Source: Octopus bimaculoides
Lineage: Eukaryota
Assembly (NCBI RefSeq): GCF_001194135.2
Contig: NC_068990.1
Coordinates: 79,825,436-79,889,435, forward strand
DNA length: 64,000 nt
Reading direction: 5' to 3'
The notes beneath the pieces are model-generated. The model saw only the letters and a program-made list of their open reading frames with translations. It had not been told where the DNA came from and made no database searches. The position numbers and the translations under genes are program-made. Positions 26,070-40,110 of the stretch are shown here, piece by piece (positions within the stretch are counted from its first letter, which is position 1; each line of letters opens with the position of its first letter).

Positions 26070-27038
26070 NNNNNNNNNNNNNNNNNNNNNNNNNNNNNNN
26101 NNNNNNNNNNNNNNNNNNNNNNNNNNNNNNNNNNNNNNNNNNNNNNNNNNNNNNNNNNNNNNNNNNNNNNNNNNNNNNNNNNNNNNNNNNNNNNNNNNNN
26201 NNNNNNNNNNNNNNNNNNNNNNNNNNNNNNNNNNNNNNNNNNNNNNNNNNNNNNNNNNNNNNNNNNNNNNNNNNNNNNNNNNNNNNNNNNNNNNNNNNNN
26301 NNNNNNNNNNNNNNNNNNNNNNNNNNNNNNNNNNNNNNNNNNNNNNNNNNNNNNNNNNNNNNNNNNNNNNNNNNNNNNNNNNNNNNNNNNNNNNNNNNNN
26401 NNNNNNNNNNNNNNNNNNNNNNNNNNNNNNNNNNNNNNNNNNNNNNNNNNNNNNNNNNNNNNNNNNNNNNNNNNNNNNNNNNNNNNNNNNNNNNNNNNNN
26501 NNNNNNNNNNNNNNNNNNNNNNNNNNNNNNNNNNNNNNNNNNNNNNNNNNNNNNNNNNNNNNNNNNNNNNNNNNNNNNNNNNNNNNNNNNNNNNNNNNNN
26601 NNNNNNNNNNNNNNNNNNNNNNNNNNNNNNNNNNNNNNNNNNNNNNNNNNNNNNNNNNNNNNNNNNNNNNNNNNNNNNNNNNNNNNNNNNNNNNNNNNNN
26701 NNNNNNNNNNNNNNNNNNNNNNNNNNNNNNNNNNNNNNNNNNNNNNNNNNNNNNNNNNNNNNNNNNNNNNNNNNNNNNNNNNNNNNNNNNNNNNNNNNNN
26801 NNNNNNNNNNNNNNNNNNNNNNNNNNNNNNNNNNNNNNNNNNNNNNNNNNNNNNNNNNNNNNNNNNNNNNNNNNNNNNNNNNNNNNNNNNNNNNNNNNNN
26901 NNNNNNNNNNNNNNNNNNNNNNNNNNNNNNNNNNNNNNNNNNNNNNNNNNNNNNNNNNNNNNNNNNNNNNNNNNNNNNNNNNNNNNNNNNNNNNNNNNNN
27001 NNNNNNNNNNNNNNNNNNNNNNNNNNNNNNNNNNNNNN
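26070..27038. other. Assembly gap (N)
   Basis: N run. Confidence 1.
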
Positions 27039-27041
27039 CAA

Positions 27042-27274
27042 GGCGGCGAGCTGGCAGAAACGTTAGCACGCCGGGCGAAATGCTTAGCGGTATTTTGTCT
27101 GCCGCTACGTTCTGAGTTCAAATTCCGCCGAGGTCGACTTTGCCTTTCATCCTTTCGGGGTCGATTAAATAAGTACCAGTTACGCACTGGGGGTCGATAT
27201 AATCGACTTAATCCGTTTGTCTGTCTTTGTTTGTCCCCTCTGTGTGTAGCCCCTTGTGGGTAGTAAAGAAATAA
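27042..27274 (+). mobile_element. Full-length SINE family A
   Basis: Same head, B box, core and tail as the 21904 copy. Confidence 0.95.
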
Positions 27275-27725
27275 CACACACATATATGTTCCAAAATCTT
27301 TAAACTACTGTATCTAATTTCTGTTATAATTTACAGCTAGATGAAAGCCGATCAATTTTAATCGAATTCATCAAACTCAGGAAGCAAAATATAGTGTCTA
27401 GATAGAATTACCAGCAGCACTTGCAAGGTCGGATACCTATACAAAGAAACATACACAGGCATGCAAATATTAAGATAAGTACACATACGTGCATATATAA
27501 AGACGCATCTATATGTGCATGTGTCAAGAGTGACTTACACGTACATACATATCCACTGAAACAATGATTGACGGGAAAGCAGCGAACGGATATATAAATA
27601 GAAGTATGTTAGCATATAAGCATTGACAAACGTATGTGTACACGCCGATGAAAAAATAGACTGAAAAATTCGCGATTAGCAATAGGAGTCTGTATATTCA
27701 CCCTCCATTCCATGCATGCACACAC

Positions 27726-27771
<46 letters not shown>

Positions 27772-28171
27772 NNNNNNNNNNNNNNNNNNNNNNNNNNNNN
27801 NNNNNNNNNNNNNNNNNNNNNNNNNNNNNNNNNNNNNNNNNNNNNNNNNNNNNNNNNNNNNNNNNNNNNNNNNNNNNNNNNNNNNNNNNNNNNNNNNNNN
27901 NNNNNNNNNNNNNNNNNNNNNNNNNNNNNNNNNNNNNNNNNNNNNNNNNNNNNNNNNNNNNNNNNNNNNNNNNNNNNNNNNNNNNNNNNNNNNNNNNNNN
28001 NNNNNNNNNNNNNNNNNNNNNNNNNNNNNNNNNNNNNNNNNNNNNNNNNNNNNNNNNNNNNNNNNNNNNNNNNNNNNNNNNNNNNNNNNNNNNNNNNNNN
28101 NNNNNNNNNNNNNNNNNNNNNNNNNNNNNNNNNNNNNNNNNNNNNNNNNNNNNNNNNNNNNNNNNNNNNNN
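27772..28171. other. Assembly gap (N)
   Basis: N run after (CA)n. Confidence 1.
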
Positions 28172-29544
28172 TAAGAAATCTTGAAGTTCTCCTGAACAAG
28201 TTTCGGATACTTCCTGTAGTGAGCATAATGAATGAAGATTTATGAACATGCATCATATTCGGTTAACATAGAATTTATTTCTTTATTCCATTCTTTCTCC
28301 TCTTTAGCTCCCTTGTTTAGGATTAAACCTATTTTCAGACTGTTTCAGGTTGAAATCATAACGATTGCACTTCTTTATTTGTCTTCGCTCTCAGGAGAAC
28401 TGCTAGCGCAATTTTACATAGGCAGAAATATATTTCAGAACAACAGTTAATGATGTCATAAAAAATACTGTGCATATTGAATTAGAATATTGAAGGGAGA
28501 CAATCCATTGCAGACTTTCTCTTCCTCTTCATTCTATCGTACACTCCTCCGGGAAATAGACTAAAACATACTTTTAACACACCGACCCTTGTTTAGTTGT
28601 TAGCAGTACCAGGAATTAAAGGGTAGCAGTCGATCCACTTGAAAGTATTGTGTCTCAAAACTAACAGAAGCATTCCCAGGAGATTTCTTACTGGCATTCT
28701 AGCGTAAACACATTATCGAGAATAAATTGGGTGGGATTTCTGTAAGTCAAGGTTGATATGCACACAGATCTCTCTGTCGATGTCAGACTTGGGGTCGGTA
28801 TAATTTGGCACCACTGTCATTGTAAGCGTTGCTTTAGGAACAGATACCGCAAGGCACATTGCTGGATCCTCAAACAGTTCTGCACGCCAACACATCTCTC
28901 TGAGTTGGTATACTTTACTAATGGACTTCCATAATCGCTTTTCTCCGTAACCTACAAAGCCTTGTTTACAAATATTTTATGTAGCATTGGACAGTTAAAA
29001 TATATATTCATAAAATATGACTGGAATTGATGAGTGAGCATTTTGCCCAATCGGATGCGCAAGGACCCGTGTAAGCGCTGGTTTGTGGGTTCCATTCTGA
29101 CAAATTGATAAGACAACACTGCACAATTGTAGTGTGGCCGTTTTCTCCAAGAAAATTAAAAGTGACATGACATGTAATAGTTAGAAGCAGATATTGAAAC
29201 TCGAATGTTTAGAAAATGACAGTGCACGTATTTCATGATCTACGTTGCGGTAGTATGTGCTACAAGATAAAATTAATAGCCCTGCTACCTGTCTTGATCA
29301 GTTGGTACGACTGAGCGCTGTTGCTTGCTATTGCTTTGAATGTGGCACAAGACCCAATAATCAATAATCGGAGAGTGAACAGCACGGCAGTTGGTTGGAT
29401 TTGAGAACGAGATCAAATTATCCAAAGTATGTTAATGTTTTATCATATCAAAATAATAATTAAACATAGAACATCTTCATGAAAGTTATTAGAGGAACTT
29501 TTGATAGATCTATACAACACACACACACACACGTACGCACGCAC

Positions 29545-29557
29545 ACACATATGTGCG

Positions 29558-29596
<39 letters not shown>

Positions 29597-29720
29597 GTCT
29601 GTCTGTCAGTCTGTCTGTCTGTCTGCCTGCCTGCCTACCTACCTACCTACCTACCTACCTACCTACCTACCTACCTACCTACCTACTTACCTACCTACCT
29701 ATCTATCTACCTACCTACCT
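29545..29720 (+). repeat. Compound tetranucleotide microsatellite (CTAT)n-(CTGT)n-(CTGC)n-(CTAC)n
   Basis: Read directly from the sequence. Confidence 0.95.
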
Positions 29721-31616
29721 ATATTACCGAATAAAGAAGAGTTCGGATGGCCTCTGGGTATTGAAACCACCTCTATTCGGTTCTAGGATCTGAAGGGTTA
29801 GGTTAGTTTGACGAGACTATGAAACTTTAAGTTGCATGGAGCCGAATCAAACTCTTATTAAATAATATATTTAATTCCTGCCAAACGTGTTGAGTGCTAC
29901 TTTCTTTTGTTTGTGCACTCATTCGTATGCATACATAGATACATAGATATATAGTTAGATAGATACATACACACAATACCCAGAATCCCTCTCGGACTCT
30001 CCTTCATTCGGTTCTAGGAATTAGGTTCGTTTGATGAGCTTATTAAACTTAAAGTTCGATGAAGCTAAATCAAACAATTAAATGATATAGGCAGGTAGGT
30101 AAGTAAACAGACAGACAGATAGACAGACAGAAAGACAAACAGACAGATAGATAGATAGACGTATATGTGTATGGGTATGTATGCGTGCGTGCGTACGCGC
30201 GCGCGCGCGTTGTATATATTTATCCAAATTTAGTAAAATCACGCATTGCTTGATCAGAATACAGTTGGCAAAAATTAACATTTTGGAGTTTATACAAATG
30301 TATTTAAGGGATACAGTTTAGCCATAAAATAACTATCACCACTACTACATGAACTACTACTACTACTACTACTACTACTTCATTATATTAAATTATTACC
30401 ACTACTACTTCATTATATTAAATTATTATAAGATTGTAAATAAAACGTGAAAATCAAAGTTGGAATTTCTTTGAGTAATATATTCTTCTATGCACAATCA
30501 TACTCACACATACATATACATACATATATACATATATATTCACACATACATGTATATATCTACACGTATATATGTAGTGTTTATAAAATGTGTTTATATC
30601 TTAGCTACAAATCGTAGACAAAAAGACAAAGCGTCTCGAAAGCGGTTAACCACACGAGTTCCTGTAAATGTTGATGAAAAAAAATTCTTGCATATGAAAT
30701 ATTTTACAAAACAAGATTCATACAACAGTTTTTTCCTCTTCAAATTTAATATTCTTAAGTATTCTTATTAGAATCCTATTTTTTTCTTCCCCCAATGTTT
30801 GTCTATGCCATTTTGTATGTGCACACATTTTTATGCGAGTAGTTCTTTAAGTATTCATATCTTTAATTTATTCGTTGTTGTTGCTGTTTCCACCACGACT
30901 CTGTAATAATATGTCGGATAATAATATATCTAATGAACCCTTAATTGATATAAGAAGAAAAGGCGTGATGTCTGACACATCTGGTTGCTAATTTATCAGA
31001 TTGAAGCACTACATAAAGGTTCTCTCGTTAACTCGTATTTGGTAAATTTTTGTTTCTTATGTACACCTAAGACATTATACGAGTAAAATGACAGACCGAC
31101 GCAGTGCGGTCTTTATATCATTCTCAGAGGAAACGACATACTACTCAAAAATCCAGACAGGTTAACGAAGCTCTCTTCTGGGAATATATTTATACTGTTC
31201 AGTAAAAAGAAAATGCGATTAGCTCAATTATTTGTAAACGATGATATTGAATGAGAAATTTAGAGCAGCTTAAAATGTAAGATATCTAAGAATTAATTGT
31301 AATGATACAAAAACATCTCATTGATAAAATATTACAAGAAATAAGCTGTAAAGAATTTTATAAAAGCTATACATACTCAATATATTATTACTTTGAGAGT
31401 TGCAAATTGTAACAAGAACAATGACTGCAATAATAACAACAACAAAACCGATCTTTAGAAAAATAAGACACAAAATAAATTTGGGCATTATAGCATTCAC
31501 GTATACATATGTATACGTTAGATCATCAATCGTACAAATTCTCATACGCCATCAACACACGCATACATGTATACATACACACGAACGTACATTTATATAT
31601 ATATATATATATATAT

Positions 31617-32340
31617 NNNNNNNNNNNNNNNNNNNNNNNNNNNNNNNNNNNNNNNNNNNNNNNNNNNNNNNNNNNNNNNNNNNNNNNNNNNNNNNNNNNN
31701 NNNNNNNNNNNNNNNNNNNNNNNNNNNNNNNNNNNNNNNNNNNNNNNNNNNNNNNNNNNNNNNNNNNNNNNNNNNNNNNNNNNNNNNNNNNNNNNNNNNN
31801 NNNNNNNNNNNNNNNNNNNNNNNNNNNNNNNNNNNNNNNNNNNNNNNNNNNNNNNNNNNNNNNNNNNNNNNNNNNNNNNNNNNNNNNNNNNNNNNNNNNN
31901 NNNNNNNNNNNNNNNNNNNNNNNNNNNNNNNNNNNNNNNNNNNNNNNNNNNNNNNNNNNNNNNNNNNNNNNNNNNNNNNNNNNNNNNNNNNNNNNNNNNN
32001 NNNNNNNNNNNNNNNNNNNNNNNNNNNNNNNNNNNNNNNNNNNNNNNNNNNNNNNNNNNNNNNNNNNNNNNNNNNNNNNNNNNNNNNNNNNNNNNNNNNN
32101 NNNNNNNNNNNNNNNNNNNNNNNNNNNNNNNNNNNNNNNNNNNNNNNNNNNNNNNNNNNNNNNNNNNNNNNNNNNNNNNNNNNNNNNNNNNNNNNNNNNN
32201 NNNNNNNNNNNNNNNNNNNNNNNNNNNNNNNNNNNNNNNNNNNNNNNNNNNNNNNNNNNNNNNNNNNNNNNNNNNNNNNNNNNNNNNNNNNNNNNNNNNN
32301 NNNNNNNNNNNNNNNNNNNNNNNNNNNNNNNNNNNNNNNN
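31617..32340. other. Assembly gap (N)
   Basis: N run between (TA)n tracts. Confidence 1.
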
Positions 32341-34385
32341 ATATATATATATATATATATATACATATGTATGTATATATGTATATATGTATGTATTATG
32401 TATGTATATACATGTACATATATACACATATGTATGTATGTGTGTGTGTGTGTGTGTGTGTGTCTGTGTCTATATATGCATATATATGTATACATATTTT
32501 TGTGTGTGCATATTTGTATGCCTGTATGAATAAGTATGTATGTAAGCCATATAGAACCAAATACTTGCATTATATGTGATAGACACATACATACACGAAT
32601 TGACGAAAAATTACCCAATACGTGTATTAGAGCACAGATAATAGAATTGGCCGAGCCATTAACAATTACTAGGAGTTAGTGCGTAAGATTTGTTCGTCTT
32701 TAAAAGACTGTCATAGCAGAACAAGACAATAACAATTACAGATGAAATATACAAACTAACGTGAAAACCCATTTAGCTAACTGGACCTCAGGTTACGAAC
32801 ACGAAGCAATAAAGAAAAACAGCAAAAATATTGTAACTGGAGAGATAACTCACAGTGTACTATTGAAAACAAACATTTGAATTAGTATAAGAATGAAAAT
32901 AAACCATGGGGTTGCAATAAATGTATAAGTAAAATATTTTTCTGCACGTATAAACATAGGCTTACGCACGTACATTACCCCAAACATACTAATATAATAT
33001 AGGGATTGTAATACAGTATATGAAATGAAACACCCGCGATAGTCGAGGGATTACTGTATTTATAAATATATAATATGCACCCACCACATATAGATGTAGA
33101 ACGAATTGTGAATTGTGAACAAAGATCCCCTAAATAGGTTCAATCAATTGTAGATGCCGAGAGAACAAGTGTAAGAATTTAGGGTTTCAATCATTTGCCC
33201 AGTTTTCAGTTGAAATGAATCCAACACTAGGATATACTTGTGGGATTGCCATTTTAAGTTTCTTGTAGGCATGCTATTCAACATGTCGGTTAATGCAATC
33301 AATATCTTGACATTTTCGGCGGCGCACAAAATTGCAAATTGCTGTTGTATTCATTGTAGGCTTTTTCCTTTGTTCATCTGTATAAATTGCAGTATCGATG
33401 AATACTAGTCATTAATAAAAATAAGATAGTGTTGATTAATTATGTAAACTGGGCCTCAATGAGGTATCGACGATTGAGAACAACATCTACAAAGCATAGG
33501 TCCTCTCCATTCTTTTCTATGAAGCAAAAGCGTGGCCCCTCTCGAAGACACTGGCAAAGATGATGAACGTGATGTTATGCACCTGGAAGATTTGGAACTT
33601 TTGATAGAAAGATGTTAATATTGTAACCGAAGATTTTCTGCCTCAAATCTCTCATCTACCCGGAATGTGTTTTGTGCCTCTTCTACATGCCTCGTTAAAA
33701 ATATACGTTGGTTATATCGGGATTGAGAAAGTCTCCATGTGTGTGTATCTGTGTGTGTGTGTGTGTGTGTACTAACGCAGGCATACCATCTTAAAAACAG
33801 CAGCATGAGAACATCTGAAGGAAATAGTGAATCAAAGATGGCGTTTCTCAGTTATCGCTTGATCAGTCAGAAATAACAGGGCAAATTATATGATGAAGTC
33901 GGGTATGCACTAAAAAGAGTCCGGGACTTCAGAATGAGCAGCTGACTGTAATCTTAGTATTTGTAATCGCTTAGGGGAAAAGTCTGATTTCTATTTAAAC
34001 ATTGCACATTGCGAATAAGGGAAATATTATTGAAATTTCCAACTTTTGATTCTTACCCATCATCATATCTGCAACCGGTGATAACATTCTTCGAACACTT
34101 ATACATGCGTACATACATGTACACATATACACGTACGTATATTTGTCCACAAATACACACACACACAGACACGCACACGCATATATAAGAAATCCTCCTG
34201 ACAAAATGCTTTGAGGAAAACTATACACGCAGTTTGAACGGAACTATGCTGCTTTGCTGGCATATCAGGTAATTATCAAGAGACTCCTTCATTTAGATAC
34301 TTCACGGTCACACAATCAATGCCGTCGTTAATCTGTAAAAACTCCATTCACAAATTTTAATATAAAGAATATAATACTATATATA

Positions 34386-34866
34386 NNNNNNNNNNNNNNN
34401 NNNNNNNNNNNNNNNNNNNNNNNNNNNNNNNNNNNNNNNNNNNNNNNNNNNNNNNNNNNNNNNNNNNNNNNNNNNNNNNNNNNNNNNNNNNNNNNNNNNN
34501 NNNNNNNNNNNNNNNNNNNNNNNNNNNNNNNNNNNNNNNNNNNNNNNNNNNNNNNNNNNNNNNNNNNNNNNNNNNNNNNNNNNNNNNNNNNNNNNNNNNN
34601 NNNNNNNNNNNNNNNNNNNNNNNNNNNNNNNNNNNNNNNNNNNNNNNNNNNNNNNNNNNNNNNNNNNNNNNNNNNNNNNNNNNNNNNNNNNNNNNNNNNN
34701 NNNNNNNNNNNNNNNNNNNNNNNNNNNNNNNNNNNNNNNNNNNNNNNNNNNNNNNNNNNNNNNNNNNNNNNNNNNNNNNNNNNNNNNNNNNNNNNNNNNN
34801 NNNNNNNNNNNNNNNNNNNNNNNNNNNNNNNNNNNNNNNNNNNNNNNNNNNNNNNNNNNNNNNNNN
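34386..34866. other. Assembly gap (N)
   Basis: N run. Confidence 1.
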
Positions 34867-34869
34867 ATG

Positions 34870-34908
<39 letters not shown>

Positions 34909-35629
34909 GCATGTATATGTATATGGTATTCAAATACTGTAAAATGTTATACATTTATGAGTTGCCATTGACACAGTTTTATAGCATATATAATAAAATT
35001 CAGTAACAGAGTGCATCTAGTGATTACAGCTGAAAGCTTTAGCAGTGTCACATCGTGTTATGAAAATGGGGTTATAGTGTAGGTTATCTTAATCTGAATC
35101 ATTCTACATAACTGATGTTGTTTTCTTCCAACATTCAAACATTATTTTCTGTTATGCAGAATGATTCTGCATAGTTATTTTCGGGGTTTAGTTGACACCC
35201 GATTCTGTGTAGCTATCACACATGTTTCATTTACACGATTCACTTTAAGTATGTTTAAATATGGTAACCGATGTATTGCTGCTTTAAAATCAATAACTTT
35301 TATCACCAGGTTGTTTGTTTGAAACAGATTCTATTTCTATTAAGATGGCGTCAATTATTTCCCTGTTGATTTTCTCTTTGTGGCATATTTTTTGTAGAAA
35401 TATATTCTTTGCGTTCTTCGTAACTATAGTATTTATATATGTTAAAATATGTATTCACAGCCATTATCCCTTTTGGAAATGCGTTAATCATATTTTAATT
35501 AAAATTTCACAATTTTTGCCAATGAATGGCGTTTTATAACACTTGCAATTGTTAAGCGGCCATGCAGATATATACGAAATTGTTACTTTATACCACGGCT
35601 CTTGCACACACACCTGCATGCATCTGCAG

Positions 35630-35809
35630 ATACATACATACATACATACATACATACATACATACATACATACATACATACATACATGCATGCATACATA
35701 CATACATACATACATACATACATACATACATGCATACGTACATACATTTATATCCATCCATCTAACAACCCATTTATACACACACACACTCACACACACN
35801 NNNNNNNNN

Positions 35810-35853
<44 letters not shown>

Positions 35854-35860
35854 GACACAG
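35630..35860 (+). repeat. (ATAC)n and (CA)n microsatellites, including a 10-N gap at 35800-35809
   Basis: Read directly from the sequence. Confidence 0.95.
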
Positions 35861-36199
35861 ACACACACACAGGGTGCGGACGGTATTTGAGGACAGGTTT
35901 ATGGTTTTAAAAAAGCGCTTATATAATAAAAGAAAAAAAAAAATTTTTTTTATAAAAATGACAAACATAAAGCCAATTGATTGAGAGCGAGAGAGAGACT
36001 ATATGCATATTTTAGCAAAGATATAGGTTCCAGCTATAAATATATTACATTTTAATCTTTATACAAAATATATCATCACGGTTACTTTACTACTGAACTA
36101 TTGAAATAGTCACTATGTAGTTGTATAACTTGTGAGAAAGAGCAATCAGTTTTCCTCGTATCAACTGATAGTCACTGGGTTGCCTTTGGCTATAGGCTG

Positions 36200-36420
36200 G
36201 TTCGTTCGGTCCTTGAATAAATAAGAACATCTATAAAAACACCACAGCTTACTAAAAATAGCAACTAAATCTTCAACATGTCAATCTCTACTATCTTAAA
36301 GAAAGGAAGCCTGAGTCTGAAAAGAAAAATTAAACAATATAGTCATGGACGTAGCGCCTTTTTTTTTTTTAAACTTTAAGTCTGCTTGGTCAGCGACGAC
36401 TTGAGCCAATCAGCAACATC
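36200..36420 (-). mobile_element. Degraded interspersed repeat, family C
   Basis: Minus strand GAAGATTTAGTTGCTATTTTTAGTAA, nearly identical to 641-665. Confidence 0.5.
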
Positions 36421-37394
36421 GGAAACTGCAAAAATTTTAATTATGATTAATACAAAAAGATAAAAAGAACAGGCATAACTCTCCGGACACAACATCATCA
36501 CGGTTTTGCACTCTCATTAGAAACATGCGAAGAGGAATGAACATCATAACTACTCATTTAATCTTTCTATTTGCTACAAAGTGGAGGCCTTCTGTCAGTG
36601 TAAAAGATAATTTTAGCACTGTTTACATCTGAATAAATTTTCTCTCTTTGTATTTTTATCGATTTCAGTCAATCGAAATGTTTAAATTGTTTCTCAGCAA
36701 TATTGTCTATTTTCTTCTAACAGCTTCTAATCTATCATGACAGCTTACATGAAATATTCATGGCCTCTTTTACATAATGCTTTTCAGTGGGAGAAAATAG
36801 AAGCAAAGATCAAAGCATGAAAACATTGGATTAATAACTTCTACTATTGGGCAAAACGAAAATATTAAAGTGACCTTTAAAACAAATAGTTTTGATAAAA
36901 GTTTTGTTTTAAATTTCCTTATAAAAATTTTGTTTTGTTTTGAAAATATAAAAAAAAAACGACTTCTAACTGAAAGATATTTTTATGGAAACTTCAATCA
37001 TCATTACAAACAAAAGAATTTTGCATTATTTTTCCTCTCTATGTTCTCTGAGATATTCAACATCTCCATCAGCCTAATTTGGAGTACATATTGATATTGA
37101 GATGCAAGTGTATTCCAATGCCCATTAAATTATAATTACTGTATATGTGAATATTTAATATCTTGCAAACAACTTAATTATAATTATTTTAAAGTACTCA
37201 CGACATGTTTCACAATTTATTCTTTAAAAGTTGATGATTTACTCTACCATTCATCTGAATTTCTCGCTTTTGTGCGTTCGTAGAACGAGGCATCGTGAGT
37301 AACGATAGAATGAAAAATCAGTTCCGAATGAATGACTATATTTTTACAACATGTGCACTTCCCTTGTCTGTACGCGAAAACACGTGTCTATATG

Positions 37395-37540
37395 CATGCA
37401 TACATACATACATTCATACATACATACATACATACATGCATACATACATACATACATACATACATACATACATACATACATACATACAGTCGTGGCTGTG
37501 TGGTAAGAAGCTTGCTTCCCAACTACACGTTTCCAGAGGC
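37395..37540 (+). repeat. (ATAC)n followed by a SINE family B head fragment
   Basis: TGGCTGTGTGGTAAGAAGCTTGCTTCCCAAC matches the family B head at about 11195-11222 (minus). Confidence 0.8.
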
Positions 37541-37762
37541 CTTGCAAGTCTACCAGATAGATGAGAGAGCATTGTAGAAAATGAAGGAGAGTATATTTTA
37601 GATAAAAAAGGACTCTGTTTATCTTAATTTTGAAAAATAAAAGTATAAAAAAACTGTAGTATTTATGGGAAGACTCAATATATATATACATACATACATA
37701 CATACATACGTATGTATGTATGCATGTATGTATGTATGTATGTATGTATGTATGTATGTATG

Positions 37763-37797
<35 letters not shown>

Positions 37798-37800
<3 letters not shown>

Positions 37801-38112
37801 TGCTTCATCTTGACAGATGATAGCCATCCCATCAACACACACATCACACCCCATCACACAGTGCAATCACTCTATTGATGAGCCCTTAGATGACTTTTAA
37901 GACCAGATATTGACTGACAGGGTTTAAAACACAAGTGATAGATATTGTTCAAGTTTCTTCTATATCTTTGCCGTTTGGAATATGATTCTGAAGGAATGCT
38001 TTTGTGAACTAGCATATGTCTTTTAAGTCTTTTAAGTCTTACAAATTTTGTCACAGATGACACAAGTCGCACGAATCGGTTGGTGTCCAAGATCATTACC
38101 TGTCTGGGCATT
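37798..38112 (-). mobile_element. RTE-type LINE extreme 3' end (two C2H2-like motifs, stop, 3' UTR)
   Basis: Frame-broken TCVICDKICK..LKRHMLVH and [20 protein letters not shown], then a short UTR running into a microsatellite. Confidence 0.65.
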
Positions 38113-38295
38113 TCGAGGAAAAGGTATAAAGACTGTGTGAAGGAAAACGTGAAGAAACTAGATATGAACAAAAGTGATCGGGAAAATTATGTTCTTGATC
38201 GGAACAAGTGGAGAGGTGCTGTTAGGAATGGTTGCCATGCCTGGGAGGAAAAATGATTCGGCATTCTGAGCTTAAAAGGGCCTGCGTACCGTTAC
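38113..38295 (+). mobile_element. RTE-type LINE ORF segment, inverted relative to the adjacent 3' end
   Basis: RKRYKDCVKENVKKLDMNKSDRENYVLDRNKWRGAVRNG...RHSELKRAC fits the RTE/BovB-like post-RT motif R.RYKD...DR..WR. Confidence 0.75.
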
Positions 38296-38608
38296 TTGAT
38301 AAATTAAAAAATGCGTTGTTAATAAACAATAGTTAAAAAACGTATACATGTAAGACACAGAGGCTCTCTAATTCTTCAGTTATCAATCAGAATAGTAATA
38401 CAGTTTCGCACCTTTAATGATAAGACTGAGGGGCTTCCCATTTTGGCTTATATGTACTCACACACACACAGACATACACACACACGCGCGCGCGACAGAC
38501 ATACACTCACACGTATATATATACATATAAAATATATAATACATGTATAATACATATATGTATACATATACACATATACCTATATGTATTATATATTTAT
38601 ACTTATTT

Positions 38609-38609
<1 letters not shown>

Positions 38610-38682
<73 letters not shown>

Positions 38683-38695
38683 GTCTATCTATCTA
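38610..38695 (+). repeat. (CTAT)n microsatellite
   Basis: Read directly from the sequence. Confidence 0.95.
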
Positions 38696-39414
38696 CCTGT
38701 TTGTGTGTCTACCCATTATTATTATCTCGTACGCATATACTTAGACAGCTTATATAGATCTCTATATTTTGTTGAAGTCTGTACTGAATTCAGCTCAACA
38801 TACGGTTGGCTATGGAGTTTCGATTGGATTTCGTTTCTAAAATTAGTGTTTTCCAAAGCCAGTGTACTGAGAAGGCGTCTCTCTTGAGCATAGATCTTCA
38901 ACTTTGTCTGCGTATGTTGTGATTAGCAGCTCACATGTATATGGCATGAAACATTGATGCAATTAAGATGTTAGTTTTGCTAAGTCCTATGGTACTCTCG
39001 AGTTTAGGGTATCATAGGCATTAATACGTTTGTGCACATTGATTTACTATGAAATTCCAGTGATATCTATTTCGGGTATTTGCAGATTAATTTCTTGAAG
39101 TAACATACACTTCACCTTTGCAATGCGGAAACATATTCACTTTGTTGTTTCCCAATATCTACAACCCTAAACGCAAAATATATATACATAGTAATTTATA
39201 TTTGCACAGATCTTTTAATTGTGAGAAAGTACATACTGAAGTGAATCAATCTTAGCACATATTTTACTACTAGGAATTGAAACAATGATAGCCAAGTCAG
39301 ACTTGGCGCAATATGAATTCTAACTATCGTGGAATTAAACTAAGTACTGGCTTAATTATTATGGTACTCTTCTATGTTTGTCTTTCTCTTGTCCTTGCAC
39401 GGCATATATTGTTT

Positions 39415-39776
39415 CTGATTTTGGCACAAAGCCAGCAATTTTGAGAGGAGGAGAAAGAGTAGTTGACCGCTGTAGAATTTGATCTCACGATGTAAAGAAA
39501 AGGGCCAGTTATCGCAATGTATTTTTTCCGATACTATAGCTATTCTACTAACCTACTACTCATACTGGTTTCAAATTTTGGCACAAGGTCAACAATTTCG
39601 AGAAGAGGATAACTCGATTACATCGTCCCCAGTGCTCAACTGGTACCTATTTTATCGACCCTGTAGGGATGAAAGGCAAAGTTGACCCCGGTGCCATTTG
39701 AACTCAGAACGTAAAGTCGGAAAAATGCCGCTATGCATTTCATTCTCTGCCGTAACGACTCTGCCAGCTCGCCGCC
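39415..39776 (-). mobile_element. SINE family A copy (39568-39776) preceded by a degraded partial copy
   Basis: Minus strand GGCGGCGAGCTGGCAGAG...CTGAGTTCAAAT...GCCTTTCATCCC; ACTACTCATA occurs on both flanks (39555-39564, 39783-39792). Confidence 0.85.
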
Positions 39777-40076
39777 TTATCCACTACTCATATTAAAAAA
39801 AAATACAAATACATTTCGAAACACATATGCACATACACAAACATACTCGTTTATACTCGTTCCCACAGGAATATAACAGAATTTAAGATGAGTATATTTT
39901 ATTTTGTGTTAAGCACTGCCATAAAATTTAAATCCTATAGTATTCCAGAAAAATATGTTGTTCAAACAAGTTTTCATACGACTGTAAACAAATTATTATC
40001 TCCAACCGCTTCACTATCATGTTAATAAGATATGTCAGAATTACTGTGAGAGAAATGTGGAGATGAAGTAAAAGAA

Positions 40077-40110
<34 letters not shown>

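Noticed and set aside
25861-35968. Long ORFs (up to 426 aa) in the track
   Set aside because: They consist of X residues across N gaps, plus dinucleotide repeats.
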